DNA of 64,000 nt from Epithemia pelagica (Eukaryota > Protista > Bacillariophyta), in contig OX337233.1 of assembly GCA_946965045.2 (NCBI GenBank), positions 1,798,001 to 1,862,000 on the forward strand, written 5' to 3'. Shown here piece by piece: positions 10,526 to 21,878 of this stretch. Both the position numbers and the translations under genes were made by a program. Position 1 is the stretch's first letter, and every line of letters starts with the position of its first letter. The notes under the pieces are model-generated. The model had not been told where the DNA came from, did no database searches, and worked only from the letters and a program-made list of their open reading frames with translations.

Positions 10526-12109
10526 ATGGCAGGTGAAGCCACAGTCGCAGACGTACTAGAATCCTTGAATTCACCTCACATCAGCTTGTTTGTCGAACCA
10601 CTTTTTGGAGGCGGCTCGTTTCCGATCGCCTATGTTGACTTCGAAATTAGTCCTCATGGTATGAGCTTCCTTGAGCAGAATCTGTGGTCATCATTTAAAA
10701 AAGAATGTCAAAAATGGAAAAAGAACGGAAATAGACAACCTCCTGGAGCTCGGACACCGGCGGAGAAGTATATGGCCATTGGCGATCCTTCTGGATTTGG
10801 AAAACCATCAGGATGGTCCAAGTGGCAACGTGACAATCCATATCTTCCTATCATGTGCCACAGACCGGCAGGTATTTCTTGGGTTAACTTGTCAATTATC
10901 CACCCTGTCTTTGACCAAATTGTGAAACTCGTAGACTTTGGTGAGCCAGCCACCGATGACTTCCTTATGGCAGCAGAGTTGTGTGCCGTGATGCCCGATG
11001 CCTTTGATGTCAAAAACTCGCGGAGAGACAGGGTCACTCAAATTTTCAACGAGTACATACCCGGTAACGCCAGTGAATCAATTGGGGTCAAGTGTATTGC
11101 AAACAAGTTTGACACCGACGGTACAGCTGCGCATGCTGGAACAAACCTCGTATTCAAGAGCGAGAAGGGCAAAGGCGACTCCGACCCGTACATGCAAAAT
11201 ATTGCTTATTATATTCAATACTGGGGGGACGAAAATGCCAGGAAGAAACAAAAGAGAAAGCGTGGTTCGAACTCGACATCTCCCGGCCCTGGCCAGCATT
11301 GCTGCCCTTGGATGCTGATCGAGGTGATTGGCCAAGAAATTGGTGTTTCCGGCGCAGCGTATGTCGACGGAACGCCATGTGCTCAACCCCTTAGTTCCAA
11401 TATTCCTTTCCTCTCGCTACCTTTCGATCGCCGATCACGAGTGCAACAAGCTCGTCTTTGTCACGCCATTCGACACGGGTTCAACACGCTGAAGGCGTTC
11501 TATGCTGACGAACCAAGTGCTGACGATCCGCAAGCAGGCTTTCCTTTTATCAGAAAGTTCACGCCTAGGAACGCCAAAGAAGGAACAGCTGAAGTTTCCT
11601 TCTCGTATACTGCACCAGTCGTCAAAGGGGGAGGGAGAATGCTCTTTTTTGCCACCATCGATGAAACAGGGGAACGCGTGCTCGTCAAGTTCAGCGAAAA
11701 GTACAACTGTGAGGCTCACGAGTTGGCCGCTACCAATGGACTGGCTCCAGCCTTGCGGAGTGTCATGGAGCTTGATTGTGGATTGGTGATGATCGTCATG
11801 GACCCCGTGGTTGGAGCCCACCACTGGGGTGCCAACGAAAGTGCGAGTGCGAAACAAAATTTAACGCGGTTTCAAGAAATTTTCCGAAACGCCAACCTAG
11901 TGCATGGTGATTTGCGTTCTCCCAACGTATTGGTGGATGCCAAAGGCCACGTGTTTGTTGTTGATTTCGATTGGGCGGGATCTCATGAGACTGAAATCTA
12001 CCCAATTGCTGTAAACCCGGAGGAGGAATGGCATGAAGACGTACAAGTTGGCAAAGTCATGAAGCTAGAACACGATGCCTTTATGGTGCATAAATTGTTG
12101 TCGATGTAA
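10526..12109 (+). CDS. Crinkler/CR-effector-like protein: restriction-endonuclease-fold domain + protein kinase-like domain
   Basis: REase-like DTDG...LVFKSEKGKGDSDPYMQNIAYY. Kinase-like VLVKFSEKYNCEAHELAATNGLAP, VHGDLRSPNVLV and VVDFDWAG. Intronless, 527 aa. Confidence 0.75.
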   Translation: MAGEATVADVLESLNSPHISLFVEPLFGGGSFPIAYVDFEISPHGMSFLEQNLWSSFKKECQKWKKNGNRQPPGARTPAEKYMAIGDPSGFGKPSGWSKWQRDNPYLPIMCHRPAGISWVNLSIIHPVFDQIVKLVDFGEPATDDFLMAAELCAVMPDAFDVKNSRRDRVTQIFNEYIPGNASESIGVKCIANKFDTDGTAAHAGTNLVFKSEKGKGDSDPYMQNIAYYIQYWGDENARKKQKRKRGSNSTSPGPGQHCCPWMLIEVIGQEIGVSGAAYVDGTPCAQPLSSNIPFLSLPFDRRSRVQQARLCHAIRHGFNTLKAFYADEPSADDPQAGFPFIRKFTPRNAKEGTAEVSFSYTAPVVKGGGRMLFFATIDETGERVLVKFSEKYNCEAHELAATNGLAPALRSVMELDCGLVMIVMDPVVGAHHWGANESASAKQNLTRFQEIFRNANLVHGDLRSPNVLVDAKGHVFVVDFDWAGSHETEIYPIAVNPEEEWHEDVQVGKVMKLEHDAFMVHKLLSM

Positions 12110-12122
12110 GGGATGTTGAGTG

Positions 12123-12402
12123 GAGCAGATCCATTTGGAGGTGGAATTGTTGAAGGATCTCCGTGTCATTTTAACGAAAGAAGATTTCTCAGGGATACGT
12201 CGGGCACAGAAATGCGGGTTTGATTCGCACTCGAATTTCTTCTCAAATGATTCTATTTCATTAATTGCTTCAGACATTTCTATCGTTCGACACATTCGAG
12301 CATGTCTTTCCGAAATGTATCTCTGAATGTCAGACGAGTAGAAATGTTCTCTCTTCAACCATTTGATTAGTTTGATTGCAATCCAGGTTCGAGGTGTTGA
12401 CT
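12123..12402 (+). repeat. Dispersed ~280-bp repeat, copy B
   Basis: Direct repeat of 3280-3561; starts 14 bp after the kinase stop codon. Confidence 0.9.
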
Positions 12403-12541
12403 AAATTGACATTTTGTCTGCGTCACTGGTGGAACTAAATGATGGAGTCTTTGCGAAACTCCTTTTTGCAAGGATTGTTCTTGTCGTCATAAGTTATGAT
12501 TGAAACAAAACTTGTCGGACGTGGTTGAGAGAGCGACTCAT

Positions 12542-14291
12542 TCAGTCATCGTTCGTCGGAAGCGAACGACAGCTACCGCCTTCTTCTTTCGTATTCGAAT
12601 GGTTTCGAACAAGTTCCTCCCACGTCAAGGCTGATTTTGGCTTGGGATGGCATAATTGACACAGGCCCATCAATACTTCGGGAAGCTCGCTCTCCTCACG
12701 ACCTTCAATGACAAATCCCAAAACAGGCAAGGATTTGTGAAAGTATGATTCACGAAGATATACCAACGCCTTTTTGGTCACCCATGGAAACGAATGAAAC
12801 GATACTTCCATTTCCATCACGTCGATACTACTTTTATCATTCATCGCCTTTGCCTCCGTATCATCGTGGTTGCTATTATTGCTGCGATATAAGAACCCAG
12901 TCTTACCAACTCGTTTGATCAAAACTGGTTTCCCACTCCATTTGGAGATCCACGTTGGAAGACCCAGTTCGGAGAGATTGTTGGCATGAGCAATTAACTT
13001 GAACCGACTTTGCATTTTGGGATCATCAGGAGCATTCTTACACCACTCATTGAACAGTCGTACAGCATTCAGCTTGGGATTGCTCTCCTCCCCATTCAAC
13101 GAAAGCTGTGCATCATTTTCAGGGTATAAATGCTCCAGGAGCTGCCGGGTTTCCTCCCGCAAACCAAAGTACATTACAAGCGTATGAGTACGACCCATTT
13201 CGCTCCCTCCTTTGGCCCGTAGATCTAACGGGATGGACAGAGTCACCACAAAGAGCTGTGGTGCATGCCACCTTTGTTGAATTTTCTCATTAGGGACAAA
13301 GTTAGATAGGTCAAACCAATTTGAAATATGGGGAATGCGATGAGGAGTTTCGATAAAGTCTACTCCGATGCAATCATAGAGTTCTCCGAGTGAGGGCATT
13401 TTCTCGTGATTGGTGCAATATTGGGAAGATCGAACCATGAGTGTCTCGCCGGGTGCTTTGCACCATTGAATCGTGCCCTGACAAAGCTCACGATTAGCGG
13501 TGTCCTCATCCTCTAACAAGGCCGAATCAATTGAAATACTCGACTCTGTCCTTACTCTGGATCCCTCGTTTTCATCGCAGGATTCGTCATCCTCGTCCTC
13601 CTCTACCTCTATCCTTACTCTCGATCCCCCGTTTTCATCGCAGGATTTGTCCTCCTCGTCCTCCTCTTCTTCGCCCTCTTCTTCCTTTTCGTCTTCAACT
13701 GTGAAGCTACGTGAGGAACTTCGCCCTCTTCTTCCTTTTCGTCTTCAACTGTGAAGCTACGCGAGGAAGTCTGGCATGAGACCTGCGGTTTTTCTCCCTG
13801 TACCATGGAAGAGAAGGGTATTTCAACGGTCGAACTACCGGCAAGCGGTCGAATTTCTGGGATAACCAAGGGCTCCAAGGTAACCGTCGATGTAGTTGTA
13901 GGGTTGGTATTGCCCGTTTCGTCGCTGTGGTTCGTTCCCGCCTTGGCCTTGCTGCCAAATGACCAGGAAAGCGTTCGTTGTTTCGGCACTGTACAGGATC
14001 GTCCGATAGCATCCATATCAGAATGGACGGAAGAGCTCTGATGGTCATCGGACGACTGAGGAGCTTGTTTGGAAAACCCGAGTGGGAGCAAGGAATTCAC
14101 GGAAATTGACCGTTGCTTCTCTTTTCCGAGAGCAGCGGTTTCCGTATATACACGCCTCTGCTCGGAACCATCTTCATGAACGCTCTAATTTTTGAAGAGC
14201 AAAGCCCTCATGGTATGTTGGAGGGGATACTTCCACTATTCCCCAATGGACTTTTTCAGATGGGGATGTTGAATGTTGAATGTTGACCCAT
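12542..14291 (-). pseudogene. EDR2 C-terminal (DUF1336) domain gene, frameshifted in its 5' half
   Basis: The domain is intact in 12542-13519 (LMVRSSQY, IGVDFIE, RFKLIA, SGKPVLI, GFVIEGREESELPEVLMG). The upstream frame is broken by a 50-bp tandem duplication (~13669-13768), an apparent 1-nt indel near 14180 and a 7-bp (CAACATT) duplication near 14270. Confidence 0.7.
13549..13768. repeat. Two adjacent tandem duplications (63-bp period, then 50-bp period)
   Basis: TCCTTACTCT.GATCCC at 13549 and 13612 (period 63). TCGCCCTCTTCTTCCTTTTCGTCTTCAACTGTGAAGCTACG at 13671 and 13721 (period 50). Confidence 0.9.
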
Positions 14292-15537
14292 TGAAATGAC
14301 GATGACACTTTTTTGGAACAAACAACAACACACAACCGATGTTGCAAGTTGCAAGTTGCACAACAGGGGATCGGGGAAGAAGGTTATGTTTGGGGGAAAT
14401 GGGGGAGATTGGGGGGGAAATCTGTATCCTCTTGATGTCGTATGAGACGTCAGAGGAAAAGAAATCAAATATGTGTTGTAGATGTCTTCTGTCTTTATTC
14501 TGTCTTTCTTTTGTCTTTCTTCTGTTGTCCCTGTGTGAGCAAAGTCGACTACCGTACCACGAACTACGACTACCTCTTCTTTATTAGCTCTCTAGTAGAG
14601 GAGTTACTCCTACTCCTAGGAGTATGAGTTATGGAATCCGTAGAAGGTAGAAAGCTTGGATGCTTCTCCTCCTTCCTTACTCGATACTCGATCCATATTG
14701 TGGCAAGTGGTCTGTAGAGACGATGCCATCCTCTCTACTGAGCAGCAAGATGAACTACCAAGCCAAACCACGAAAAATGATGGGAATCTGTCCAATCAAC
14801 TCGAGCATGGCCGGATGTTAGAATTCACTGGTGTCGTGACCAAGACATAATGATGATACCCACAGCAGTCCTTAGCAAGGCATCAAGTTGACGAGCAATA
14901 ACAAGAGAATGAAAAATAAAAAGCAATTATCCATTGCGAAATCATTTTGACTCCTGGAGACGCAGAAAGATCCATTGCAACTGTCCACATCTAAAAGAAA
15001 GCGGGGGCTTGTTGCGGTGGTTCTTCCAGGGTTGGAGTAAAGTTGATACTCATTTACCTAAGTCGTTGTTGGTGTTTGCCATGATATTGCATAGATTTTC
15101 AAGGGAAGGCGCCATCAACGCCTTCCACGTGGAGATTCCCAGCCATCAGCAGTCGCGTGTCGGGCGTGCGCATGAGTTTGGAATTTCGAACTGTAGAATA
15201 TTTCGAGATTCGAGAGAGCGAGAGAGGTGGATCTTTCTGAACCACTGGCTGCGCGAGGGTTGTGCGTCCGCACAAGATTCTCACCACAAGATATACTACA
15301 TACATCAGACATCCATTGATATGCCTTTGTGCGTCAGTCTACTCCTGGTACATCCTGTTTGATCAGACCTGATCCTCTTGTGATCCCACATCCGACCCTT
15401 TTGCCATTGCCATCCATTGATTTCACAATTGTGGTATCGGCAATCTTAGCTGGGACATTGACTTGCACAGCACAGAGAGTCTAAAATTCATCGCATTACA
15501 CATTCTATTGTTTCTATAGAAGATACTCACCATCGCC

Positions 15538-16839
15538 ATGTGCCGAAGTGAAGTTCCGAAAGTATCCCTGACGGAAAAGCCGACCATGGTCGACAAGGAC
15601 AATCTTTGGGAAGCCACCACTGGAAAGCCTCTTCTCCTTCGAGTTGTCTTGTCTCACTTGGTTGCCTTGGAGAATGGATCGTTGACGCTACACCTCCCTG
15701 ATGGTGAATTGTTACGCATTGAGGGAAATCAACCGGGTGCCAATGGGTTTATCAAGCTTCACAGTTACGACCTCATCCAACGCGTTCTGAACAGTGGCGA
15801 CGTGGGCGTTGGTGAAAGCTTTATGGATGACGAATGGACTAGCCCCAATGTTACAGACGTTCTGCTCTTGTTTTGCCAAAACCAACACATGATGTTGGGC
15901 CGAAAGCGTTCGTTTTGGGCCAACCTATTTCTTTCCTTCATTCAATGGCGAGATCGCAATACCAAGACGGGATCAAAGCGAAACATCTCCGCACACTACG
16001 ATCTCGGAAACTCTTTCTATAGCAAGTGGCTTGATCCTTCCATGACCTATTCATCGGCTCTCTTTTCCACTTCCGACAAGGACCAACGTCAGCCACATGC
16101 CGACGTGGACGCACTGGAGAAAGCGCAAAAGGCGAAATACCAGAGTCTCATAGATCTCGTTGGCATTGGGCCTAACGATCATGTGCTGGAGATTGGGTGT
16201 GGATGGGGTGGTTTCGCTGAATATGCTGCCTCGACCGTTGGTTGCAAGATCACTGGTCTGACCATTTCTCGCGAGCAGCTGGAGTATGCAAAGCAGAGAA
16301 TCCAAAAGGCTGGCTTGGAGGACAAGGTGGAACTGGTCTTTCGTGACTACCGAGATGAAGGCCAAACGTATGATCGCATTGTGTCGATTGAAATGTTTGA
16401 AGCCGTTGGAGAAGAATATTGGCCCACTTACTTTGATTGTTTGAACAAATGTCTCAAGCCAGGGGGTACAGCAGGCGTCCAAGTCATTACCATTCAAGAG
16501 CGTTTGTTTGAACGCTATCGACAATCGACCGACTTTATTCAACGATACATTTTTCCTGGTGGAATGTTGCCCACTCCTACCATTATGGCGGATCTTGGGA
16601 AAGCACGAGGCCTATCTGTCACGGGCGAATTAAGTTTCGGCAAGGACTATGCGACGACGTTGGTCCATTGGCGAAACCGCTTTCAAGCCGCATGGAGCGA
16701 AATTGAACAAATGGATGGTAACTTTGACCTTCGATTCAAGCATATGTGGGAGTTTTACCTCCACTACTGCGAAGCTGGCTTTATCTCTGAAAATATCGGT
16801 GTGCGACAAATCATATTCAAAAAACCAGAGGAAGAGTAA
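15538..16839 (+). CDS. cfa: Cyclopropane-fatty-acyl-phospholipid synthase family SAM methyltransferase
   Basis: NISAHYDLGNSFY, MTYSSALF, VLEIGCGWGGFA, YDRIVSIEMFEAVG, FIQRYIFPGGMLP, MWEFYLHYCEAGF. Intronless, 433 aa. Confidence 0.9.
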   Translation: MCRSEVPKVSLTEKPTMVDKDNLWEATTGKPLLLRVVLSHLVALENGSLTLHLPDGELLRIEGNQPGANGFIKLHSYDLIQRVLNSGDVGVGESFMDDEWTSPNVTDVLLLFCQNQHMMLGRKRSFWANLFLSFIQWRDRNTKTGSKRNISAHYDLGNSFYSKWLDPSMTYSSALFSTSDKDQRQPHADVDALEKAQKAKYQSLIDLVGIGPNDHVLEIGCGWGGFAEYAASTVGCKITGLTISREQLEYAKQRIQKAGLEDKVELVFRDYRDEGQTYDRIVSIEMFEAVGEEYWPTYFDCLNKCLKPGGTAGVQVITIQERLFERYRQSTDFIQRYIFPGGMLPTPTIMADLGKARGLSVTGELSFGKDYATTLVHWRNRFQAAWSEIEQMDGNFDLRFKHMWEFYLHYCEAGFISENIGVRQIIFKKPEEE

Positions 16840-17290
16840 TTCTCTCAGGTCTTGTTAAAAACGGCATGTTAGGTTTGGCTAGATTGTGAAGTTCAACTCA
16901 GAGCCTTTCACCTGAACGGCGGAACGTGAATGGTTAAGGGAATAACACTTATTAGGTTATTAGGTTTTAATGATTATTCAATAGTTCTTTTCATTATCTC
17001 TTGTTCTGTTACGACGGCATCTCGCAGAAGCTTCAATATGATGTTGTTCAAACTGATTTCGACGCATGGTTCCGATTTTTCCATTGAAATTCCCCAGACG
17101 GCAGTTGGGATTTGAGGTATGTGGCATGTGGCCTCCCTTACAGCTGAGAATCTAGCGAAGAAAGAAGAAATGATAAGCACCTTGTCTCGCCGAGACAGGA
17201 TGAAGTGGCTCTCCAATACAATTCATTCTAATGTAAGGATCATGGTAGCATCTCGCAGAGAAGATATTCCAGAGTTTAACAGCAGTGCTT

Positions 17291-18709
17291 TCACATTAGT
17301 GACAACGAATATGCCCCGTAGTTTTGTTCATCTTCTGGTGTCTCTTTCAGCTGTCGCACGGCACGCAAGAATGGGGGCAAAATCACTTTATCGCTGCATC
17401 CAGTTCCGTTGAAGCCAGAATCGGGGGTCTTGTCAGCTTGATTCCCATCTCCTTCTATCTCTCCATTCATGTGAGTGCTGCCTTGCTCGTTTTCTTTGTG
17501 GTGTTCTTTATTAACTTCCACTTGTGCATGTAAGATGGACAATCCTTGGGCTGGCTGTTTGTAAATGTGAATAGTAAAGCTCTGTAGTTTGTACAAAAAG
17601 CTGACTCGCCGCTGTCGAACAATGTGGCGTCCGGGATCGCGAGAAAACAGTGCCGTGGCATACTCTCGTTGGGTAATAATTCGCTTTTGCTCAATCATTT
17701 CTCCATCTGAAGTGCGCGTGACATTGGTTGACTGATAGACACTATCCACGATAGTGCCACTTCCAGTGTCCACGACACTTCGTTTTCGGACAAAACTGTA
17801 GTTTTGCTGACCCGGATCAGTGAAGTTTGTGTCTCCGTCTTGGCTACGTTGCAAGTATACCTTTTCCACGTCAAACATCTGGAAAGGAATATCAGCAGGA
17901 AAGAGTTTGGTAATGTCGTCCAAGGGCAAGGGTTCCAACAGAAACTTGGCCGATCGCCGTTTCAAATTGGATGGTAAGCCAACAATTTTGGAAATGACGT
18001 CGACAAGCCGATTCATTTTCCCTTCAAAGTCAGTGGAGTTGTCAAAAACATACAAATGAGGATGTCCAACCCATGCGTTTTGCGTTCGTCTGTCGAGTTG
18101 GATCGCTTCTTCTGGGCTTTCGGTACGAACGGCGTTGTTGTCCAAGGTATAGTAGTTCAAGGCTCCATCCGCTGCAGTTACCAAATGGAATATTGCATCG
18201 TATCGATTGTCACGAACTTGCACAATATCTGTATTGCGTGGCATTAATATGCGTTGCTCAAAGGTCTGGCAATCTAAATAGACTGTATTGTCCATACTGC
18301 CTCGATCACACAAGATGACACCGGGCTTTCCACGAGCCTTCAAAACAGACTGAACGGAATTTTCCAACGTCATTTGTGTATCAAACACAGCTGACTGGAT
18401 ATAGAGGGGCATACCTTCGGTCGAGAAAAGGTGGGCCGACATACCGTTGGAGGACAATAACGTGTAGGCTTCAGGGCAGGTAATGGCTTCAAACCCGCGC
18501 TCACGTAAGAAGGAAAAGACCCGTGCCAAAGCGGTCGTTTTGCCACCGCACGGACCACCCGTGAATACAAATCGATAAATCGGCGGAGCACTATCACTAT
18601 TGTGATTGTTATCCGCCTCCGAAGAGGAAGTGTTGATCATTAGGTCTTTGTCATGCGTTTCCGCGTTGGCGGTCGTTCCACCGCCGTTTTCGACCGTCTC
18701 GGCGCTCAT
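17291..18709 (-). CDS. AAA_28 NTPase + CYTH-like domain protein (TTD14-like)
   Basis: FVFTGGPCGGKTTAL, VILCDRGSMD, YDAIFHLVTAADGA, AWVGHPHLYVFDNSTDFEGK, followed by a CYTH-like SFVRKR...FLYKLQSFTIHIY region. Confidence 0.8.
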   Translation of the reverse strand: MSAETVENGGGTTANAETHDKDLMINTSSSEADNNHNSDSAPPIYRFVFTGGPCGGKTTALARVFSFLRERGFEAITCPEAYTLLSSNGMSAHLFSTEGMPLYIQSAVFDTQMTLENSVQSVLKARGKPGVILCDRGSMDNTVYLDCQTFEQRILMPRNTDIVQVRDNRYDAIFHLVTAADGALNYYTLDNNAVRTESPEEAIQLDRRTQNAWVGHPHLYVFDNSTDFEGKMNRLVDVISKIVGLPSNLKRRSAKFLLEPLPLDDITKLFPADIPFQMFDVEKVYLQRSQDGDTNFTDPGQQNYSFVRKRSVVDTGSGTIVDSVYQSTNVTRTSDGEMIEQKRIITQREYATALFSRDPGRHIVRQRRVSFLYKLQSFTIHIYKQPAQGLSILHAQVEVNKEHHKENEQGSTHMNGEIEGDGNQADKTPDSGFNGTGCSDKVILPPFLRAVRQLKETPEDEQNYGAYSLSLM

Positions 18710-18891
18710 ATTGAAGGTCTCAGCACTACCACAGGCAAAGGCAAAGGTGGTCGCCTGGTCAACAACCTGTTTGCTTCAATAATGCTAAAGGACACGCTGG
18801 ATCTCTGATGACAACCGTGCGAACTGCGAACACAAGATCAAGAGGATGGATTGTCTGATGAGATTGATGATGTACTCCTAAGAACGAAAAA

Positions 18892-19162
18892 AAAAAAAAA
18901 AGTGATAGTCTATTTCAGCTGCCGTGGCAGTCCCGCAGGACATACTCGACCGACTGCCCTGACGCCATTTCGACGCGGGGGAACAGCCCTCCGGTGACGG
19001 GGGCCACACACAGACGACCATTTTTCCGGACCCTGTAAGTGGTCCTCCCAACCCAACAAAGCACGGTCGTGGGGAATCGAACCCTGGACCCTCGCATGAG
19101 AGACCAGAATCCGGCCACAGACAGCGGAGCGTCGTACCGCTCGACCAAGACGGCTGGTGATG
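18892..19162 (-). mobile_element. tRNA-derived SINE-like element (~270 bp) with poly(T) 3' tail
   Basis: Pol III A box TGGTCGAGCGG (19137-19147) and B box GGTTCGATTCC (19073-19083), D-arm GTCG/CGAC and an imperfect acceptor stem. A 15-nt T run (sense strand) lies at 18887-18901. Flanking 13-bp direct repeat TAAGAACGAAAAA at 18879-18891 and 19163-19175. Confidence 0.7.
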
Positions 19163-19520
19163 TAAGAACGAAAAACGACTGGTTAGACCGATCAGTTGTC
19201 GCGTTCTGGTCGCTGATGATTCAATCGTGCGCGAAAGAAAAAATAGAAATAAGTAGAACGCCCATATATACACGCGATGCTGGCGCGCATATCGGGCTGG
19301 CGACACGTCTGGCGGGGTTGCGGTCAGCGATCAGGGGGTCTGCAGCGCCACATTTTGGGCATTTATTGTTTCTTTACTCTTTTCTGCGATGCCCATGTGT
19401 TCAACGACAGTCAGTCAGTCAGCTCGATAACAATCTGTCTCTTGCTCTAGGCATCCCATACAATACACAACAGGAGAAGAAAGAAACTCAGTTTTGATCA
19501 AGGACTGTGGCCGGTATCAA

Positions 19521-21562
19521 ATGAGGATCCGCCCTGTTTCCATACTCGCTTCAACAGTAACTCTGTTTCTCTTAAATTCCAGTTTTGTGTCATCCGACAC
19601 AAATTCTCCACGATCAGTCAACCTGTCCAATGAAATTCAATCAGCGTCCATTCATGGATACTCCTATAACTCATCTTGGTTTCGACAGAAGTCTGAGAAT
19701 GGACACATTTCCGAACAACGGGTTTTGACGCAACAGACAAGAGGGTTCCTTAACGATGCGAACTTTCAGCAGGGATACATTGACTCTTTGGGCACCTTGT
19801 ATGACGAATCGGCTCAAGCATGGCGAATTCTAGGTGCATACATTGATTGCAGTGATGACGGCAGCAATGACCAAAATTACGAGAGGAGAGGACGACTGAA
19901 CCGACAAGAAAGGCGTTTGGAAAACCAAGATGGCGGGGATGACCACAATAGTGGCAGTGGAAGCGGTAGTGGTGACGGAAGTGGCGACTACGGAGGAAAC
20001 TCTGGCCAATGTTCCCGTTATCTACTCTGGGCTGCGGTACGTCTATGCTCTTGCGTGCAAGGTGTGAATGAGAAGGTCGTCTTATCATGTCCGTTTTGGT
20101 TTTTGTTCAGTATGCAGATGTCAACCATCAAGGAGGAGGTCTCGGCGAATACAAATTTTTCAATCCTCAAGCCAAGAGATGGGACGATTCCGCCTGTCGT
20201 CAATCTGGAAGTCGCCGTTGTGTGAGATTGGACTGCCACCTGGAGGTACGAGTGAATAGAAAGTCAGAAAAAAGCATGTGGTGGAACAGGGTTTTGTCTT
20301 ACCAGTAATATCTGATCTTATCGTTGCTTTAGTCCAGTCACAATTTTCGTTTGCTTGGCTATTACAAGCAATATAATTTCAATGACTTCATGGAACAACT
20401 GTCAGAACATCACGGTAGCTGTACATGGACGAATTCAATGCGCTCATTTATGGACAGTACTCTGAGCTTCTGGCCCAACGGATGCAGCTACAGTGGAGTA
20501 ACGACTGAAGACGGTATCAATATATACATAGATATTCAGCCAAAGTGGGGAGGAAAAATTGAAATTGGTCTATATGAGGATGACACTTGTGTCTCGAATT
20601 ACCATGGGACAGATGTGAATGTCGCCAAAGCATGGAAGACTTATCTCCGTACCTACGGTAACGACGGAGACAACTACCAATATGCCTACCAAGGGAGCTC
20701 GGTGCCTGAGTTAGGGTCGTCCGAGTACTTCAACGCATGGAACAACGCATTGGCTACCTATCAGATATGCCAACCATGTAAAGTAAGTAGCATTTATAAT
20801 CGAATGAACAATGCCGCTCAGCGCAGGCACTTGGAGGATGGCAACCAAGAGGCATTTCAGTGCCAAGATTCTGCAGGAGAGGTCAACATCAATCAGTGCG
20901 CACTTTTTGCCAAGGACACCCAAGTGAACCCTGCCTACTTCAATGATCTTCAGAAAGCATTAAGGCAGGGTTCCATTGTTGTCCCTCGAGGTCACGTGGT
21001 GACTCTGAGCAATGACTACTCACTTAGTCGATGGCAACACAATTGGGGTTTCTTTTGTTTCTCAATGCTAGTATTTATCGTGGGAGTGTTTACCTTCGCA
21101 TGCTTGGTCAAAATCAAGACTCGTGTTCGAGCCAATCCCAATGGAGGGAACGAACCACTCATAATGACAGTGACGCCACGAGCGTCTTCAATGGCGTCGT
21201 CGGTGACATCTGCGTTGGGCCCCTCGCCCTCGGCACTCTCTACCGCTACCAACGACAAGATTGGTGCGAACATTACCACTGGCAGCGTGCCCCATAGTGG
21301 ACTGATCAACACAACTGGGAGCGATCACAACAGCCGAGCAGGGGTAGTCTCCACAGGGAGATCACGAAGTAGCACCGGTGGAGGAGGGGAAAGACTTGTG
21401 GCCTCGTACGCTGACTACGGTGACACGAAAAATGTTATGGTAGGCGAAGAACCAATGAACCACAGCGGTATCCTCTTGAACAATTCCCAGCCTACACATT
21501 CGAGCCGCCCTGGGTGGCCGGTGGAGCTGGAAGATCATCGCCAACCAGGAGACATGTATTGA
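19521..21562 (+). CDS. Diatom-type Cys-rich type I membrane protein with RXL motifs (3 exons: 19521-20036, 20111-20245, 20333-21562)
   Basis: N-terminal signal peptide. GT-AG introns of 74 and 87 nt join CSRYLLWAA|YADVN...RCVRLDCHLE|SSHNFRLLGYYK in frame. ERRLE and RRHLE motifs, one TM helix (WGFFCFSMLVFIVGVFTFACLV) and an S/T/G-rich tail. Confidence 0.8.
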
Positions 21563-21878
21563 GCGGTATTAGTGAAAACGCCAAAACTGGACTGTTTTTA
21601 TCTGATGTAATGGAAAGCTAATTTTATATAATCTGTTGTTTGATGCTTCCGTAGAAACAAAAGTTGCTGATGGAAACTACCTATACCTACGAGGGTTGGG
21701 GATAGTGCGACTCCGAGCAGAGGAAATGCGCGGTGCGCGGTGCCCACGTATATGCATGCGCGCGATCGATCGGCTGTTTCTCGCAACAACAAAATGAGCG
21801 AGATCAAAAATGAAGATTATCGAATTGCCGATGCGTAATTCGTACCGGTTGCTGGATGAAACCATTTGAACTACCACA

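Noticed and set aside
3280-12402. The 280-bp direct repeats as LTRs of an LTR retrotransposon
   Set aside because: No TG...CA ends, PBS, PPT, TSD or gag/pol between them.
14650-15535. Possible spliced gene on the minus strand divergent from cfa (ATGGCGATG|GTGAGT)
   Set aside because: No splice model gave a long frame or a recognisable product.
19060-19156. Functional tRNA gene
   Set aside because: Acceptor stem pairs only ~5/7, T-stem 3/5, and no clean anticodon loop can be assigned. The flanking direct repeat and tail fit a SINE better.
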